Shown here piece by piece: positions 61,445 through 64,000 of a DNA stretch of 64,000 nt (position 1 is the stretch's first letter; every line of letters starts with the position of its first letter). The DNA is taken from contig CAVZJV010000014.1 in assembly GCA_963775685.1 (NCBI GenBank), forward strand, positions 736,001-800,000, in the 5' to 3' direction. The translations under genes and the position numbers were made by a program. Under the pieces are notes generated by a model. It made no database searches. It was not told where the DNA came from and saw only the letters and a program-made list of their open reading frames with translations. Source of the stretch: Candidatus Bathyarchaeota archaeon (GTDB lineage: Archaea > Thermoproteota > Bathyarchaeia > Bathyarchaeales > Bathycorpusculaceae).

Positions 61445-64000
61445 TTATGGTCGCTTTTTGAGCAGCAACAATGCGAGGACTAAGCCGACAACAATTATTG
61501 CAATGATTACGCCGATTATGCCTGGCACAAAGTATAGGTCAGCCATTGATAGAGCTGCGGTTGGCTGCGGTGTTGCTGTTGCAACTGGTTGATCAACTGA
61601 GAAAGCGGTTTCAGCAGATGATGGCCAGTAGCCATTGGTACCTGCGAAGGTTGCGATTACTCTGTATGCGCCGGAAATGTCTGGTGTCCATTGTAAACTG
61701 TAAAAGCCCTTTGCGTCTGTTGTTGTTGTGTCGATTGTTCGGTAATTGCTGTTTGCGTCTATGACATTGATTGTAACTTCAACGCCTGTGAAGTTGGTTG
61801 GAAGAGGTTTCTGTTGGTAAACATAGCCCATCCAGTCACTCATGCTCGCGTCTGAAGATACTGGTACACCGCTTGCAAAGCGGGCTGATTGCTCGTCTTG
61901 TGTGGTTCCTGTGGAAACATCCATCACTGTTCCGCTAATGGTTACGCCTTGACCTGAAGCTGCTGCGAGGTTTGGAGCTGAAACTGTTGTTGTGCTTGCG
62001 CCTCTGCCGACACAGTAGATTTGGTTGTCGTAACCGTTTAAGGTCACAGAGAAACCGTCTGCGATGTAGCCTGTATCTAAAGCGGCAAATGGTCCACCAG
62101 CCTCGGAGGTTACTTCGTTTAGTGTCCAGATTAGTTGTCCGGTTGTGGCATTGATAGCCTGCTGTTGTGCATTCCTGTAAATTGGGATTTGAAGAGTGTG
62201 TTCAGTGGTTGTTGTGTAGATTATTCCGTTCCCGATAGCGTACATTGTCATTGGGTATGGACCTGGAACTTCGAAGCCGCTGCTTGTACTGTTGCCTGCG
62301 CCGCCGTTACCATATGTCCAAAGTAAGTTGCCAGTTTGCAAATCAAAGCATGACATTACTCCGCCGAATCCATCGTAGTAAAGATTTCCATAAGCATATG
62401 CTGCTCCGTTTTCGTTCCCGCCGCTGTTGTATCCACTGTTGTAGTACATGAGTTGCGCTTGTGATTGATCGCCGACTGGGCCCCATAGTTTCTGTCCTGT
62501 CGCCATGCTGTATCCTACGAATTGCATAGATTCCTTATAGAATTCAACGAATACACCGTTTGTTGGAATGCTGTTGGCTGGTCCACTGTAACTCACTGTG
62601 ATGTTGCCGGTTGGTGGTTGGAGAGTGTTGCTCCATAGTTTAGCACCGATTGCACCTTTAGAGGCATTGAGGTTGATTCCAAAGTATATGTAGGGTGTTT
62701 GTGAGGTGCCAGACGGTGTAGAGCCGCTTCTGGCTACCATCATATCGCCTGCCCATGCTACGACTATAGTAGGAGCTGGTGTAATAGTGCTAAGCCAGTC
62801 TAATGAAACGTTCCAGTCATAACTGTATCGTAAACTGTTAGCGTTTACTACGTTTCCGTAGACTACGTAATTTTTAGTGGCGGGTTGTGTAGGGTCGTTT
62901 CCTGCGACTGCGCCTAGTGCTGGTTCAGGAACGCTTGCATACATTGCTTGAGTTGCGGTAATACTGGCTCCGGTAGTGGTGGAGTAGTTGTAAAGTGTTG
63001 GAGAGTTAATGACTGAGTTTGGTGACCATGGATTGGCAACGTTTTCCCAAAGACGTGACGAATTCCATTGGCTCAGATACATTTGTGGATTTGTAGCGGT
63101 GCCAAGGTTAGTTAGAATGAGTCTTAGCTGTTCTCCTTTTGGACCTACAACTTGGGTACCAGTAGGAACGCCAGTTACATTGAAAAGCGGACATCCAGTG
63201 TATGCATCAAATGCTTGCGCAAAGTTACTTGTGAAAAGTATTGGTGGATATGTTCCGTGTTGGTTGGGGTTATCGACATCATAGATGTAACCGAACGATA
63301 GCTGAGGGATTGCAGTGCTGCTCCAAATGATTTTTCCTGTTCGCAAATCTTGGCAAACAGTTGCTCCACTGGCGGCGCCTGTGAAGGTTACTGGTTTAGT
63401 ATAGTACATGTATCCATTCATTATTATCGTATTGGTGAATCTACCACTATATGCAGAGCCTTCAAAGTTTGTGGCGCCTGGCTGAGGTATGGTTCCTCCT
63501 ACGATTCCGCCAAAGTCAAGTGGATATGTCCACATAACATGGCTGGTTTGAGGTCCTATGGCGTTTCCTGGTGGAACGTTACAACCTGCTGCACCAGTCC
63601 CATAACCTGCTGAACCAGTGCCTAGCCAGTTTGAGGATATTGTGTACCAATAAATGTTTTCAGCGTATATTGGGCGTGCCCAGTATTCTATTGGAAGCGG
63701 TACAAGATCAGTAGTTGGAATTTGTTCCTCCTGCACGGTTAGTGTTGTCGATGAGGTACTTGGCAAATATGTATCGTTAATGTATAACGAGGTTGGTGAA
63801 TGTGAATAGTCATTAACGGCTTGTCCTGGATAAGTAAAGTTGAAGCTGTAAGTACCTACTTGTGTAGGGGTGAAGGTATAGACCTGGTTTGAGGTAGGAT
63901 CCGTGATATCCGTAAAAGTCCTTGTTTCGGTAGAACCATCAGGTGCGGTTATAGTGAGCTTATAATTATGGAATCTATAGTCGTTTATTTTCGATGCATC
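61445..64000 (-). CDS. PQQ-like beta-propeller surface protein (paralog 5), 5' end beyond window
   Basis: Frame stays open past 63766 to the window end (..YKLTITAPDGSTET..FTYPGQ..); LPIEYWARPI, DLRTGKIIW, YDNQIYCVG, TM + LKKRP. Confidence 0.88.
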   Translation of the reverse strand, partial: DASKINDYRFHNYKLTITAPDGSTETRTFTDITDPTSNQVYTFTPTQVGTYSFNFTYPGQAVNDYSHSPTSLYINDTYLPSTSSTTLTVQEEQIPTTDLVPLPIEYWARPIYAENIYWYTISSNWLGTGSAGYGTGAAGCNVPPGNAIGPQTSHVMWTYPLDFGGIVGGTIPQPGATNFEGSAYSGRFTNTIIMNGYMYYTKPVTFTGAASGATVCQDLRTGKIIWSSTAIPQLSFGYIYDVDNPNQHGTYPPILFTSNFAQAFDAYTGCPLFNVTGVPTGTQVVGPKGEQLRLILTNLGTATNPQMYLSQWNSSRLWENVANPWSPNSVINSPTLYNYSTTTGASITATQAMYASVPEPALGAVAGNDPTQPATKNYVVYGNVVNANSLRYSYDWNVSLDWLSTITPAPTIVVAWAGDMMVARSGSTPSGTSQTPYIYFGINLNASKGAIGAKLWSNTLQPPTGNITVSYSGPANSIPTNGVFVEFYKESMQFVGYSMATGQKLWGPVGDQSQAQLMYYNSGYNSGGNENGAAYAYGNLYYDGFGGVMSCFDLQTGNLLWTYGNGGAGNSTSSGFEVPGPYPMTMYAIGNGIIYTTTTEHTLQIPIYRNAQQQAINATTGQLIWTLNEVTSEAGGPFAALDTGYIADGFSVTLNGYDNQIYCVGRGASTTTVSAPNLAAASGQGVTISGTVMDVSTGTTQDEQSARFASGVPVSSDASMSDWMGYVYQQKPLPTNFTGVEVTINVIDANSNYRTIDTTTTDAKGFYSLQWTPDISGAYRVIATFAGTNGYWPSSAETAFSVDQPVATATPQPTAALSMADLYFVPGIIGVIIAIIVVGLVLALLLLKKRP

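Noticed and set aside
3388-63613. Many 60-140 aa ORFs overlapping larger genes on the opposite strand or another frame
   Set aside because: Shadow ORFs with no recognisable motifs or independent signals.
9276-64000. Diversity-generating retroelement acting on the propeller genes
   Set aside because: No reverse transcriptase in view; differences between the similar C-terminal blocks are mostly synonymous and not adenine-specific.
1-64000. CRISPR array or rRNA
   Set aside because: No regularly spaced direct repeats and no rRNA-like sequence seen.

Overview
Archaeal chromosome segment, most likely Bathyarchaeia (inferred from gene content; no database search was possible). Intact core or housekeeping genes: a type IV pilus-like locus (ATPase, TadC/FlaJ-like protein, three pilin-like genes), ADP-forming acetyl-CoA synthetase beta subunit, tRNA-His(GTG), TyrRS, a Toprim protein, CorA and TspO. 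Accessory content has four parts. (1) Five paralogous large secreted PQQ-like beta-propeller proteins with a constant frame, a variable core and a TM+(R/K)KRP anchor. Three are divergent from their own TrmB or tandem Lrp regulator. Four are followed by a conserved bulged stem-loop whose loop is complementary to the ribosome-binding site and start codon of the same gene family. (2) A GT-C + 2 acyltransferase-3 + 3 membrane-anchored SGNH cluster, a candidate archaeal glycan O-acetylation system. (3) An osmotic/acid stress island: two glucosylglycerate routes, MscS, CPA2 antiporter, P3A H+-ATPase, ClC, and an aRF1 paralog with GGQ changed to GGS. (4) Mobile-element scars: tRNA-3'-like att repeats, integrase-like C-terminal tails, a probable terminase remnant, an AbrB pseudogene and a 51-bp perfect inverted repeat.
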